Part shown: positions 10,382 through 23,300 of the stretch, piece by piece | How positions within the stretch are numbered: position 1 is the first letter of the stretch | Layout of the letters: every line of letters begins with the position of its first letter | DNA from: Macrostomum hystrix | Lineage: Eukaryota > Animalia > Platyhelminthes | Length of the DNA: 64,000 nucleotides | Assembly: GCA_950097015.1 (NCBI GenBank) | Contig: CATNEN010000032.1 | Coordinates: 248,001 to 312,000 of the forward strand | Direction of reading: 5' to 3' | Position numbers and translations under genes: made by a program | The notes under the pieces: model-generated | What the model saw: only the letters and a program-made list of their open reading frames with translations | What the model was told of the DNA's origin: nothing | The model's database searches: none

Positions 10382-13090
10382 ATGTCACAGCCATCCAATT
10401 TTGAGCAGCAGCAGAGGCAGACAGTTATTAGCTCACTTAGTCATACAGCTATGGATGTAGATCAAGAGGCTGTGGGCAGTGTTGTCAAAGCAGAGGTTCC
10501 AAGTGGTTCTACAGAGTTGCCAACGCCTCAGCGAGAAATTCAACTGCAGAGCGATACCGAGGTCAGCCTGACTGACTTTCTCAGTTCTCTAGGCCGCTAT
10601 GACAGCAAGCTGTGTGGCGACAGCACCAAGAAGTATGAGAAAATCATGAAAATCGGTCAGGGCACTTTTGGCGAAGTGTTCAAAGCGCGCGGCAAATTAG
10701 AAAAGAATCTAATCGCTATGAAAAAGATCAAAATGATGGAGCACGATATGGAGGGCTTTCCAATCACAGCCATCAGAGAGATTCGAATCTTGCATGCGGC
10801 CAAGCACAAGAACTTGGTGAAGCTGTTGGAGATCTGCAAGACAGAGCCAACCAAAGCTAATCGTTACAAGTCCGATTTCTATCTGGTGTTCGAAATGCTC
10901 GACCACGATTTGGCCGGCTTGTTGGCTAATCCTAAGGTGAACTTCACCCTAGCGGAGAAGAAGGATATGCTTCACCAGCTACTGGACGGCGTCTGGTATT
11001 TGCACAAGGTCAACATCCTTCATCGGGATATGAAGGCTGCCAATATACTCATTTCTAAGAAAGGTGACGATAACTAATCTTACGAGATTGTTGCGATGAT
11101 CATAATGCAATAGAAGTCGCATACGACGTCACTGCAGATGATGCAGTGTGACTGCAGATGGTGCGCTGAATGCAGATAATGCAGTGTGGCTACAGATAAT
11201 GCGCTGACGGCAGATTTCGCAGTGTGACTGCAGATGGTGCGCTGAATGCAGATAATGCAGTGTGGCTACAGATAATGCATTGTAACTGCAGATGATGCAG
11301 TGTGACTGCAGATGCATTGTAACTGCAGATAATGCAGTGTGACTGCAGATGATGCAGTGTGACTGCAGATGCATTGTAACTGCAGATAATGCAGTGTGAC
11401 TGCAGATGCATTGTAACTGCAGATGATGCAGTGTGACTGCAGATGCATTGTAACTGCAGATGATTCAGTGTGACTGCAGATGATTCAGTGTGGCTGCAGA
11501 TGAATCAGTGTGACTGCAGATGATTCAGTGTGACTGCAGATGATGCAGTGTGCCTGCAGATAATGCAGTGTGACTGCAGATGATGCAGTGTGACTGCAGA
11601 TAATGCTGTGTGACTGCAGATGATTCAGTGTGACTGCAGATAATGCTGTGTGACTGCAGATGATGCAGTGTGACTGCAGATAATGCTGTGTGACTGCAGA
11701 TGGTGCGCTGTGACTGCAGATGTCTGGAATTATTCTTTTGTAAGTAATGTGGGCTGTAAACTATGACGCAGTGTGATTGCCGGCACTTCTGCCTTAATCC
11801 ACCTTCTAGTAAATAAAAACTTTGCAACCCAGGCGTGCTGAAGCTGGCGGACTTCGGCCTGGCCCGCTCGATCACGACCAGCGATAAGCACAGGCAGTAC
11901 ACTGGCCGTGTTGTCACCCTGTGGTACCGGCCACCAGAGCTGCTACTTGGTGATCGCCAGTACGGCCCGCCATTGGACATGTGGGGCGTTGGCTGCATAG
12001 CCGCAGAGCTGTGGACCCGTTCGCCAATTATGCAGGGTGACGCTGAGCAGAAACAGCTCGAGCTAATTGTCAACCTGTGCGGCTCGATTACACCTGAGGT
12101 TTGGCCAGGGTGCGAGAAACTGGAGCTCTATCAGGAAATGTGCGGCGGACTACCCAGCAATCAGAAGCGTAAGGTTAGCGGCTAGCGTTGAATTCTGCCT
12201 GTCTAGAAATCAAACTCTGTTTTCTAGAATCAGCATTGACAACAAGAACAAGAATCAACAAGGATCAATAGAATTTCGTTCTGCTTTAGTTTTTTTCCGA
12301 CTTAGTATCTAGCTTTTTAAAGTCATCCAGTTTCTTAGAATCTACATCCTGTTTCTTAGAATCTACTTTTTTCTTTGAATCATCATTTTGTTTCTTAGAA
12401 TCTTCATCCTGTTTCTTGGAATCAATGCACAGTTTCTTAGAATCAAGACTCAGTTTCTTAGAATCAAGACTCAGTTTCTTAGAATCAATAAGCAGTTTAT
12501 TGGAATCAATGCTCCGTTTTTTTGGAATCAATACTGTTTCTTAGAATTGGTTTAAAGTTCTTTCGAATCAACATCCTTTTGTATTGAAGTCAGCATTTCG
12601 TTTAAAAAAGTTTTCAATAAACCAGTCGTTGGTTTCGTATCTGCATTCATTTTCTTAAATTCACCGCTTCATTTCTTAGAAACGAAGTCCAGTTACATAA
12701 AAATCAACAAAATAATTCTGCCTGTAGGTTAAGGAGCGGCTAAAGCGCTATGTTAACGACACCGAAGAAGGCTTGGACCTCATTGACAAGCTGCTGACCC
12801 TGTGTCCCAGCCAGCAGCCAAATCAGCAGCCAAACCAGCCCCCCGCCCGGCTTTCTGCCGACGCCGCTCTGATGCACAACTTTTTCTACGTGGAGCCGGA
12901 ACGGACCAGCATCGAAGCCAAACTGCAGACCATCGACGTCAGCTGCTTCGAGCTGCTGGTGTCCAGCAGGCAGGCCAAGCCGCCAATCGGCGCGATGCCC
13001 GTTCCGCGTCCGGCCGGTGCCGGCCCGCGTATGCCGATTCCGCCGACGAGAAATTTTCCCGATAATCCCAATTACGATAGAATCTTTTAA
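10382..13090 (+). CDS. CDK9: Cyclin-dependent kinase 9-like (P-TEFb kinase), ~461 aa; exons 10382-11063, 11833-12173, 12728-13090
   Basis: KIGQGTFGEVFKAR, GFPITAIRE, HRDMKAANIL, DFGLAR, YTGRVVTLWYRPPELLLG, WTRSPIMQG, LCGSITPEVWP and KRK|VKERLK match CDK9. The GT-AG junctions are phase-compatible (phase 1, then phase 0). Confidence 0.93.
11131..11722. repeat. Minisatellite, 20-bp unit ACTGCAGATGATGCAGTGTG (with 17-bp variant), CDK9 intron 1
   Basis: Directly visible tandem array. Confidence 0.95.
12318..12660. repeat. Degenerate ~21-bp tandem repeat (TTTCTTAGAATC core), CDK9 intron 2
   Basis: The core recurs at ~21-bp spacing. Confidence 0.8.
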
Positions 13091-14484
13091 AGTCGCATTG
13101 TGGCACTGAAACAGAAAAAATAACTGATAAGTGAGTATCCGCTGGTCTCTTTAGAAACATTAGTGCAGGTGCTAAGCTACTTGTGTCCACGCTTTAGGGG
13201 TGTCGTTCGGATCCTCTCAGCTATCTAAGCTTTTAAATTTAAAATCCTTATCTAGGAACAGTCCAAAGCGGGGTTCATTTCGTTTTTATTGTGGTGGTTT
13301 GTGTCGAAATAATTATATTATATTTTTTAAATCTATTTGCTGATTCATATGTTGGAATATCCTCATTCAGGGATAGTACCCCAGATTCACATTTTTGGAT
13401 TCTCTCCAAATCCTCATTGTGGAATATCCTCCAAGATCCTCAATGTCGCATATTCTCCCGCATCATTGTTTTGTGACATCTTCTCGGAGCATTGTTTTTG
13501 GATGTTCTCCGAAATCCTCACTGTGGGATAATTTCCCGTTCTCACAGATGGTCATCATTGGACATTCTCTCATTTCCCATTCTTCAATTTTCTTGGGATA
13601 GCTCTTCCAGGTCTTAATTTTGGGATTAGGATGAAATCAGCTTTCTTATTTTGCTTATTCAGACTTCTTTCGTTGCTCTGTGAGGCTGCCCTATGAATCA
13701 CTCGCTAGTTAAATTGCAAGGATGAGTCAAGAATTTACATTAAAGCACTGTTAGCGTATCTGGAGTAGCTAAACATTTGCTCTTGTTGACAAACACCTCG
13801 GCTTCTTATTAGCTTAAATTAATTAATTTTTATGTCAGCTCGCCAGCTAACAATAACAATAAGTGTAGTTATTTTTGTGTGTTATTTTGCTTGGCATTTT
13901 CAACTAGTTGCTGTAGTTGGTGTTCAACCAACTAATGCCGATCGCATGACCCAATAACCCGGCTTTGATCTGTTTCAATTTCATATTCGTTTCCGCGATG
14001 TGCGTGTAAAAAATACCAAAAAGTGCTTTCTATACTACTTAATAACGTAACTTTGTGATTTCATAAGTTCACAGCTTTGTGTCACGCGCTCCCTACTGGC
14101 TACTGTTTCAGGTTGTTAGTAGTATCGTCAGTGCGTAAAAATCCTGACTGTTTATTGCCTCTTCAGGGGTAATTAATAATCTGACTTATTCTGTTATGGC
14201 AACATGATTCACTGGTGTCTACGCTCATGAGCTCATGAGTATGTGGAGAAAATATAAAAATACGAGTTTTTAATTATAAGCGCGACGCTGTTGTGCTTTG
14301 TGGGTTCGCAATTTTTGTATAACTGCTAGTAAATTTTACTGAGCCTGCATCTGCGTGAGCTTTTTAATTAAACAGCAACACTGTCGCATTCTCGATTTCG
14401 CGATATCTACTTAATCAAATCCGCTTCCCTAACTCGTAACACAGGCTGCTACTTCAAATCCTCAGACTGAACTGGATCTTAAAT

Positions 14485-16147
14485 TTGAGCTGTTATCCCA
14501 TATCATCAGCTTGAGCTGTTATCCCATATCATCAGCTTTAACTGTTATCCCGTATCATCAGCTTGAGCTGTTATCCCATATCATCAGCTTGAGCTGTTAT
14601 CCCATATCATCAGCTTTAACTGTTATCCCATATCATCAGCTTGAGCTGTTATCCCATATCATCAGCTTGAGCTGTTATCCCATATCATCAGCTTGAGCTG
14701 TTATCCCAAATCATCAGCTTTAACTGTTATCCCATATCATCTGCTTGAGCTGTTATCCCAAATCATCAGCTTGAGCTGTTATCCCAAATCATCAGCTTGA
14801 GCTGTTATCCCATATCATCAGCTTGAGTTGTTATCCCAAATTATCAGCTTGAGCTGTTATCCCATATCATCAGCTTGAGTTGTTATCCCAAATCATCAGC
14901 TTGAGCTGTTATCCCATATCATCAGCTTGAGTTGTTATCCCAAATCATCAGCTTGAGCTGTTATCCCATATCATCAGCTTGAGCTGTTATCCCAAATCAT
15001 CAGCTTGAGCTGTTATCCCATATCATCAGCTTGAGCTGTTATCCCATATCATCAGCTTGAGCTGTTATCCCAAATCATCAGCTTTAACTGTTATCCCATA
15101 TCATCAGCTTGAGCTGTTATCCCAAATCATCAGCTTGAGCTGTTATCCCAAATCATCAGCTTGAGCTGTTATCCCATATCATCAGCTTGAGCTGTTATCC
15201 CATATCATCAGCTTGAGTTGTTATCCCAAATCATCAGCTTGAGTTGTTATCCCAAATCATCAGCTTGAGCTGTTATCCCAAATCATCAGCTTGAGCTGTT
15301 ATCCCATATCATCAGCTTGAGCTGTTATCCCATATCATCAGCTTGAGCTGTTATCCCAAATCATCAGCTTTAACTGTTATCCCATATCATCAGCTTGAGC
15401 TGTTATCCCAAATCATCAGCTTGAGCTGTTATCCCAAATCATCAGCTTGAGCTGTTATCCCATATCATCAGCTTGAGTTGTTATCCCAAATCATCAGCTT
15501 GAGCTGTTATCCCATATCATCAGCTTGAGCTGTTATCCCAAATCATCAGCTTGAGCTGTTATCCCATATCATCAGCTTGAGCTGTTATCCCATATCATCA
15601 GCTTGAGCTGTTATCCCAAATCATCAGCTTTAACTGTTATCCCATATCATCAGCTTGAGCTGTTATCCCAAATCATCAGCTTGAGCTGTTATCCCAAATC
15701 ATCAGCTTGAGCTGTTATCCCATATCATCAGCTTGAGCTGTTATCCCATATCATCAGCTTGAGTTGTTATCCCAAATCATCAGCTTGAGTTGTTATCCCA
15801 AATCATCAGCTTGAGCTGTTATCCCAAATCATCAGCTTGAGCTGTTATCCCATATCATCAGCTTGAGCTGTTATCCCATATCATCAGCTTGAGCTGTTAT
15901 CCCAAATCATCAGCTTTAACTGTTATCCCATATCATCAGCTTGAGCTGTTATCCCAAATCATCAGCTTGAGCTGTTATCCCAAATCATCAGCTTGAGCTG
16001 TTATCCCATATCATCAGCTTGAGTTGTTATCCCAAATCATCAGCTTGAGCTGTTATCCCATATCATCAGCTTGAGCTGTTATCCCAAATCATCAGCTTGA
16101 GCTGTTATCCCATATCATCAGCTTGAGCTGTTATCCGAAATCATCAT
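14485..16147. repeat. Minisatellite, 26-bp unit TTGAGCTGTTATCCCA(T/A)ATCATCAGC, ~64 copies
   Basis: Directly visible tandem array with a few recurring variants. Confidence 0.97.
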
Positions 16148-16888
16148 CCCACATTATCAGTTTGAGATTGTGTCCTAGCATCCCAGTTTGAACTGCTATC
16201 CCAAGCACTGCAGATTCTCCTGCACAGCAATTATGATGTGCCCAGTCGCGTCCCGCCACGTCACGAGTGCACGTGGCTGAGCATGCTTCATGAGGGCAAC
16301 TGTTCACACACCCCAGCTGAAGTAGGCTTAGTGAAGTGGTTTTTCTTTCGAGGTTGTGGGAATAATTTTAATGTATACCTAAGACTCAAGTATTAGTAAA
16401 TCCTATACTTGCTAATTGTTAGATATTATACTAGTCTAATAGTGCTCACCTTCATGTTCAGAGGGGATGTGCTGCTGGCAGGGCATATTTACCCAACCTG
16501 AAATTATTCGAGTGCAAACTTAAGGGCAATTTATTTTTGTCTCAAAAAAAACATATTAGTCTCTCTTCAGCTATTTAAATGGAAGCCAATAATATAAATT
16601 TATAATGCAATAATAATTATTATAAACACCTAAACACTAAGAGTCTAAGCTGGGCTGCGTATAATGTCAGCAGACACTTAGTCCTCTGACTTTTATTGCA
16701 CTTGTAATAAAATTATTAGAAAACAGTATGTTATAGCAAAGCTAGTGACTGCATAGAAAATGAGCTCGAATTAAAAAAACATAAATTAATTTGAGTACCC
16801 TGCAGAGTCTCAGTCACACTCCGTTGAAGTCAATTTTAACGCTGAGCAAAGTGTGCTCAGCTAATCTGAGCAAAGTAGATTGCGCAAG

Positions 16889-17300
16889 TCAGCCGGGCCA
16901 GTTGCTGCCGTGCCTTCTCCGCCGAGCCAGATTCGCCAGCTGGCGCCTTTGAATTAGGCGCCCGAGTTCGACATCGCCCAGATCCCACGACTCGTCGGCG
17001 TTGAAGATAACGGGGCCGGCGCCGCCGCTCCGGTCGATGGCGGCCGCCAGCGGCAGGAACTGAATTCGTCGCCGAATCTCCGACAGGCCGCTGTTTGTCC
17101 CCGCTGATGAAAAAGTCAGATCCCTTTGATGCTGGCCAATAGACAAATTCGATGACAGCACCGAGGCAGTCAAAGTATTCGGCGATTGCGAAGACAACGA
17201 TGAAGAAGCTGTTTTAGAACTGTTCGTTCGCGCTATTTGCGACGGTAGCGGGGGTCGCAATTCTTGCGCCGCTTGAGATACCTGCAAATTCTGCTGTTGC

Positions 17301-17332
<32 letters not shown>

Positions 17333-17345
17333 TTGATGCTGCTGT

Positions 17346-17416
<71 letters not shown>

Positions 17417-18135
17417 ATGCTGCTGCTGCTTCTGGCTTGACTTCGGCGCGCCTAATTGAGTTCTGTTGGTTCGGGTTGCATGAAAAGTTCTTTGAATTCA
17501 AATTAACTGTGAAAGTTGACATGAATTATTGGGACAGGACAAATGTGGATGAGGAAGGAGTGTGACAGTTCGCACCCTGGGCCTGTGCTATGCCTGTCAG
17601 CCTGGCTCAAATGATGTCTGGCAATGATCTTCTCTGTTAGTCTGGACGATCTGAGCACCGAGCTGCCCGAGAAGCGCGTTCCGTCGCCTCCGCTGATCGA
17701 CGCCTCCTGCGTTCTGCCAACCGAGAGGCGGCTTTTCCGGTCAGCCGTGGCTAATCTCGCCGAACTGCTTGACGGATAATTTAGCACCGCAGAAATTTTC
17801 GAAGTGGCTTCTCGCCCGCCGCCGCTTGGCCGGCCGTAGCCGCTGCCTACGTCCGGGCCGGCGTCCTTCCACTGGCAGCGCGGACTAGCCCACGGGCTGG
17901 CGTCGCGCAGATTTTGGCAGACTTGCCAGACCGAGGACTTGTTGGCGCCGAGAACCCGGCTGACAATGTCCCGCTCCTCCTGGGACAAAGAACGCCCACA
18001 GGAGCTGCCGCGGCCGCGGAAGCCTTTGGCAACTCCGAGGGATGTGCCGAAGTTCGGTCTGGACTCTGTTAGATCCGCCATGCTGATACAGAACTGCTGC
18101 TGCTTTATGCACTGAATGCTCGGCCGACTTTCCAT
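16889..18135 (-). CDS. Orphan polyQ/serine-rich protein; probable exons 18135-17576 and 17462 (or 17489)-16889
   Basis: A 210-codon GC-rich ORF has a phase-2 GT donor (CCAGG|GT). Either of two AG acceptors joins it in frame to an ORF with QKQQQHQ(Q)n...SGLSEIRRRIQFLPLAAAID...HGSNWPG*. No family recognised; the start could be the ATG of MADLTES. Confidence 0.55.
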
Positions 18136-18579
18136 CTTGTAGACTGCTGCAATCCAGCTTTAGCCATAGACACTCTGGCAGAATATTGCATCAGTAGAAT
18201 ATATTGCTGGAATAAGGAAGTGGCTCGCAATGCAACTACACTAAATCTATCCTAAATTATGGGTAGGCTGCCTAGGTTGAAACGCGATTGAAACGCTCTA
18301 CATTTGTCCGTCGTCACTGTCTATGGTCAAAGCATTTTTCACTTATGTTCTCATCACTTATAGTCTCCATATACTTGTATTTCACTGCCAACACAACACA
18401 AGAGCAAAGACAACAGGAATGAAACACGAAATAAGCGAAATAATTCAAGAAATAACGCTTGGAAACACAAAATGATTTTTGGTTGGAGAGTTCATTAATA
18501 CTCGTAGTTACCTCAAATACAAGGTCGTAGTTAGAAACTTCAATCCACGACACATCTGTTTGTTAGTGTCGTGTAATGT

Positions 18580-19030
18580 TGAATGTTCAATTCTCAAATT
18601 TGCAGTTTTCAAAAACGCTCGCCTGGTTGGCACCAATCGATACGCCTATAATTCGCACGTTCCTTGTCTCCAGCACGTGCAGATGAATAGACGCACTGAA
18701 GCATACCAGACTTCTGACAGCGTATGCCGAATGCCGAACGTGCGGATCGGCATTGTTTCGATGTTGTCCGGCAGTTTCTGGTCCACCAGATACTTTTTGA
18801 AGCGCTTTTGATCCGTAGTCGATTTACGTTTGGCAGCCTCCTCGACGTTCAGCAACCTCTTCTCGTGCTCCTCGACGTGAGCACAGCAGCTTCCTCTTCT
18901 TCCGTCAGTTCCAGAAGCTCGGTATCATTCAGAATGCTTGGATTGGACAATTCTGCGTCAATTAACTGCTGCTGTTGTACGGTCAGACCGGTCCACTGAC
19001 TAACTTCTTCACCAGGAACACGGTCCTAGC
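18580..19030 (-). pseudogene. Possible decayed Crypton/DUF3504-like (tyrosine-recombinase transposon) N-terminal fragment
   Basis: KRKSTTDQKRFKKYLVDQKLPDNIETMP...LSEVWYASVR resembles the Crypton/ZMYM/KCTD1 N-terminal pattern (KT..D.K.F..(W/Y)L......IE..P...L..F...VR). It is frameshifted from an acidic upstream segment and carries stops. Confidence 0.35.
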
Positions 19031-20349
19031 AGTGATTCCCAGTGAATCATGGATAATTACGAATCATAAAGTTTTTTAAATCTTTTTTTTCTCCCCCACC
19101 CACTAGGAGAAGAGGGCTTAAAACGCTATACGGGTTTCACCCATAGACAGTCTTCGCGGAGAACGAAACCGTCATGAAGCACATAGCTAAAGGTTTTTCA
19201 ACCATAGATAGTTTCCACGCCATGATTTTTTCGGGCCGAACGGTAATAGTAATCGAGCCGTATAGTAATTACGGTCTGACACAAGGAAATTAGAATGGAT
19301 TGATAATCTATCCCTTGGTTGAAGGCATAGAATGGATTGCTGATCTATCTAATAAAACAAAGGAGTACAGTAGATTGCTAGCCTAGCCTATATGATTCGC
19401 CAAAGCTACGGCTGTTTCGTTTGTTAAGCTTTTAGTCCACTACTTTTAGAACTGCCAATTTCTATTTCAAGACAGCTTTTGTCTCACTGCGGCTGCAGAC
19501 CGGTATCCCTGATGCATTTGCCCGCTGTCGTCCACCCAAGGTACATTTAAACACAAGGCGGGAAGAATTGAAGGTTTCACGCCGTTGCAATCGGCAATAG
19601 GCACACGAAGAAAGTCAATTCAGTCAGCATCTGCATTTCTGTCATTCTTCTTTCAGCCCCACTGCCCCTCAGCTCAGCCTCCAAGCAAGTTTGAGTAGCT
19701 TGGCTCACCCATTCTCTCTTCCTCCCGGGTCGCACCAGGCTGTGCAGTGACTGTTGTGTGCTCAAAAGTGTGATACCATAACGGTCTGGCTCCTCTTCGC
19801 TGAGTCGCCGCTGACTGCTTGCATTTGGGAGCTGCCTTCCGTCCAGTAAATTTTTCCCCATCTCCCGCTGCCACCCCATCTGTTGCTAGCCAGTCAGGTG
19901 AGCCCCAGCCGCCCCCCCACTCCGCTGGCCCTTCTGGTGGGCTGCAGTCTACGTGACAATGCTAGCACTCAGGGCCGCGCTGGTCTCACAGACACGTCTC
20001 AATTTTATCCATGCCAGCTCACCACAAAGCCTCAACTATAACCCTGAGTTTCCATCGGTGCTAAAACTGAAAGCCATAAGCTAGATCTACACAGGCTAAA
20101 AATGGAAGGATAAAGCGTGAAGCGTGATATAAAATGGAGTTTGTATTAGCTGATTCAAAGTGCAACTCGCCTTGATCCTGGCCTATAGATTGAATGAGAC
20201 GCCACCTTCAGTGCTCAGCAGCCAGCAGCCAGCACAATCAGCCAATCGCATTGAAGTCCAGCTGTAGAATTTCCGTCGAAAAGCACCGAACGGCGCTAGC
20301 GGCTGGACTTGTTGCTCGTCGATTTTGCTGTCGCCTGGCCATCCTGCCG

Positions 20350-23300
20350 ATGCGGCTGCTCCCGCTGCATCACCTGCTGCCCAACTGTCGCAGACTCGCC
20401 TGCCTGGTCTCTCTGGCTGTGCTCTGCTACATGGCCTATCGGCAGCGCTGGGTCTATGTCACCTGGGAGGACCCGGACTCGCCCGCCGGTCAGCTGAAGT
20501 CGCGCGAGGAGCAGAACAGACTTCAGGCGGCGCAGAATGTGCAGCAGCAGCAGCAGCAGCAGCAGCATCAGCAAAAGCATCAAGATCAGCAGCGTAAAAA
20601 TAGCATTTGGCGTGTTCATTTTTGTTTTTTAAATATATTAAAGCAAATTAGGAAATCAAAACTCACATACGTGGGAAGCCCTACTCATATGCATGTCTAG
20701 CCAATCAAGGATAAGAAGGAGGATGATAGAGTCAGACGCGATAAATAATAGTGTCTGTAAGATGTTAATGCCTTAGCCAATCAGTAAGTAATTAGTCAGC
20801 TTCGCGAGGGACGAGGTTAGGAGAATGGATGTACATTGAAAATTCTGGCGGTCCGTATTGGATGACGACGCCGGCCAAGCATAGATAAATCTGCATCAGG
20901 AAGAGACGAGGCTATGAAAATGAAAGTACATTGAAAAACCCGGTTAGCTGAAGACGTGGGCCAATCAGCGAAAATCTGAAAAGTTTCATAATCAAGGTCA
21001 ATCTATTAATTATCGCCAGCTTCGCGAGAAACAAGGGTAGGAGAATGGATGTACATTGAAAATTCAGGCGGTCCGTATTGGATGACGACGCCGGCCAATC
21101 GTAGATAAATCAGCATTAGGAAGAATATGAAAGTACATTGAAAATCCTGGTTAGCTGAAGACGCCGGCCAATTAGCGATAATGGAAGAATAATCAAGGTA
21201 GATACAACGACTCGTGACCTTATTATATTATATAATCTTGAAACAAAAAAACAGGTAATCGAGTTGAGGAGCTCATCAGGTTGATCTCGTCCTCCACGCT
21301 GTCCCAGTCAGTCACTTACAACCGGACCAGCGGAGCGGCCCAGTGCACAGACCGGGTGCCGCTGCTGTTTCACCAGATCTATGCGGGGCCGAGCATACCG
21401 GAGGCTTACCGGGGCCACCTGCTGTCCTGCCTGCGCCTTAACTGGCCGGACTTTGCCTACGTTCTCTGGACGGACTCCGACGCGGCAGCCTTTTTGACGG
21501 AAAAATTTCCAAGCCACGCGTCCATGTTTTTGACCTACGCGAAAACTCTGCAGAGATCGGACGCGTTGCGCTACTTTATACTCAGCTATTACGGCGGTGA
21601 GGGACTCAAAAACCTGCTCTCAAACTAGCTTCAAGATAGCGACACGACCCGACATGACCCGAACTGAAATGACCCGACCAAACATGAACCGACCCGACAT
21701 GACCCGACCAAACATGACCCGAACTGAAATGACCCGACCCGACATGACCCGACCCGACATGACCCGACCTGACATGACCCGACCTGACATGAACCGACCT
21801 GACATGACCCGACCTGACATGACCCGATCTGACATGACCCGACCTGACATGACCCGACCTGACATGACCCGATCTGACATGACCCGATCTGACATGACCC
21901 GACCTGACATGACCCGACTTGACATGACCCGACCCGACATGACCCGACCTGACATGACCCGACCTGACATGACCCGACCTGAAATGATCCGACCCGACAT
22001 GACCCGACCTGACATGACCCGACCTGACATGACCCGACCTGACATGACCCGATCTGACATGACCCGATCTGACATGACCCTACCTGACATGACCCGACTT
22101 GACATGACCCGACCCGACATGACCCGACCTGACATGACCCGACCTGACATGACCCGACCCGACATGACCCGACCTGACATGACCCGACCTGACATGACCC
22201 GACCTGACATGACCCGATCTGACATGACCCGACCTGACATGACCCGAACTGATATGACCCGACCTGACATGACCCGAACTGATATGACCTCACCCGGCTT
22301 GACCTGTCCTCTACCCCACCTGACCTAATATGACCTTGCCTGACCTGACATGAACAGACACGATCTCATCTCCAGGGATCTACGCCGACATGGATGTCCA
22401 ATGCCTGCGACCCTTTAAAGCCCTCGCTGCCGCTGAGACCTGCTTCCTGGATCAGGAGCGCCGTGAGCAGAGCCAGATCCTGTACGGCACGGAGTACGCT
22501 GTGATGAACTCCGTCATGGGCTGCAGCAAGGGCCACCCGTTCTTTGACCTGGTCATTAGAAAGCTGCACTACACTAGCAAAGGTTTGATGCGGACTTTGC
22601 AGGTATCAATTCTCAAAGGAAAATAGAAGACAGCAGTTAGAAGGAAACAAAGAGAGAAAAGAAGAGAGGAGGGATGAGAGAAGAGAGGAGAGAAGAGAGG
22701 AGAGAGGAGAGAAGAGAGAAGAGAGAAGAGAGGAGAGAGGAGAGAAGAGAGGAGAGAAGAGAGGAGAGAAGAGAGGAGAGAAGAGAGGAGATAGGAGAGA
22801 GGAGAGAAGAGAGAAGAGAGGAGAGAGGAGAGAAGAGAGGAGAGAGGAGAGAGGAGAGAAGAGTGGAGAGAAGAGAAGAGAAGAGAGGAGAGAGGAGAGA
22901 AGAGAGGAGAGAGGAGAGAAGAGAGAAGAGAGGAGAGAGGAGAGAAGAGAGGAGAGAGGAGAGAGGAGAGAAGAGAGGAGAGAGGAGAGAAGAGTGGAGA
23001 GGAGAGAAGAGAGGAGAGAAGAGAGGAGAGAAGAGAGGAGATAGGAGAGAAGAGAGGAGAGAAGAAAGGAGTGAGGAGAGAGGAGAGAAGAGAGAAGAGA
23101 GGAGAGAGGAGAGAAGAGAGGAGAGTGGAGAGAAGAGAGGAGAGAGGAGAGAAGAGAGGAGAGAGGAGAGAGGAGAGAAGAGAGGAGAGAGGAGAGAAGA
23201 GTGGAGAGGAGAGAAGAGAGGAGAGAAGAGAGGAGAGAAGAGAGGAGATAGGAGAGAAGAGAGGAGAGAAGAAAGGAGTGAGGAGAGAGGAGAGAAGAGA

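Noticed and set aside
12286-12531. Antisense DSKK-heptad ORF in CDK9 intron 2
   Set aside because: Explained by a 21-bp repeat; no independent gene signals.
19577-20000. GC-rich short ORFs on the minus strand upstream of the GT32 gene
   Set aside because: No recognisable motif or splice structure.
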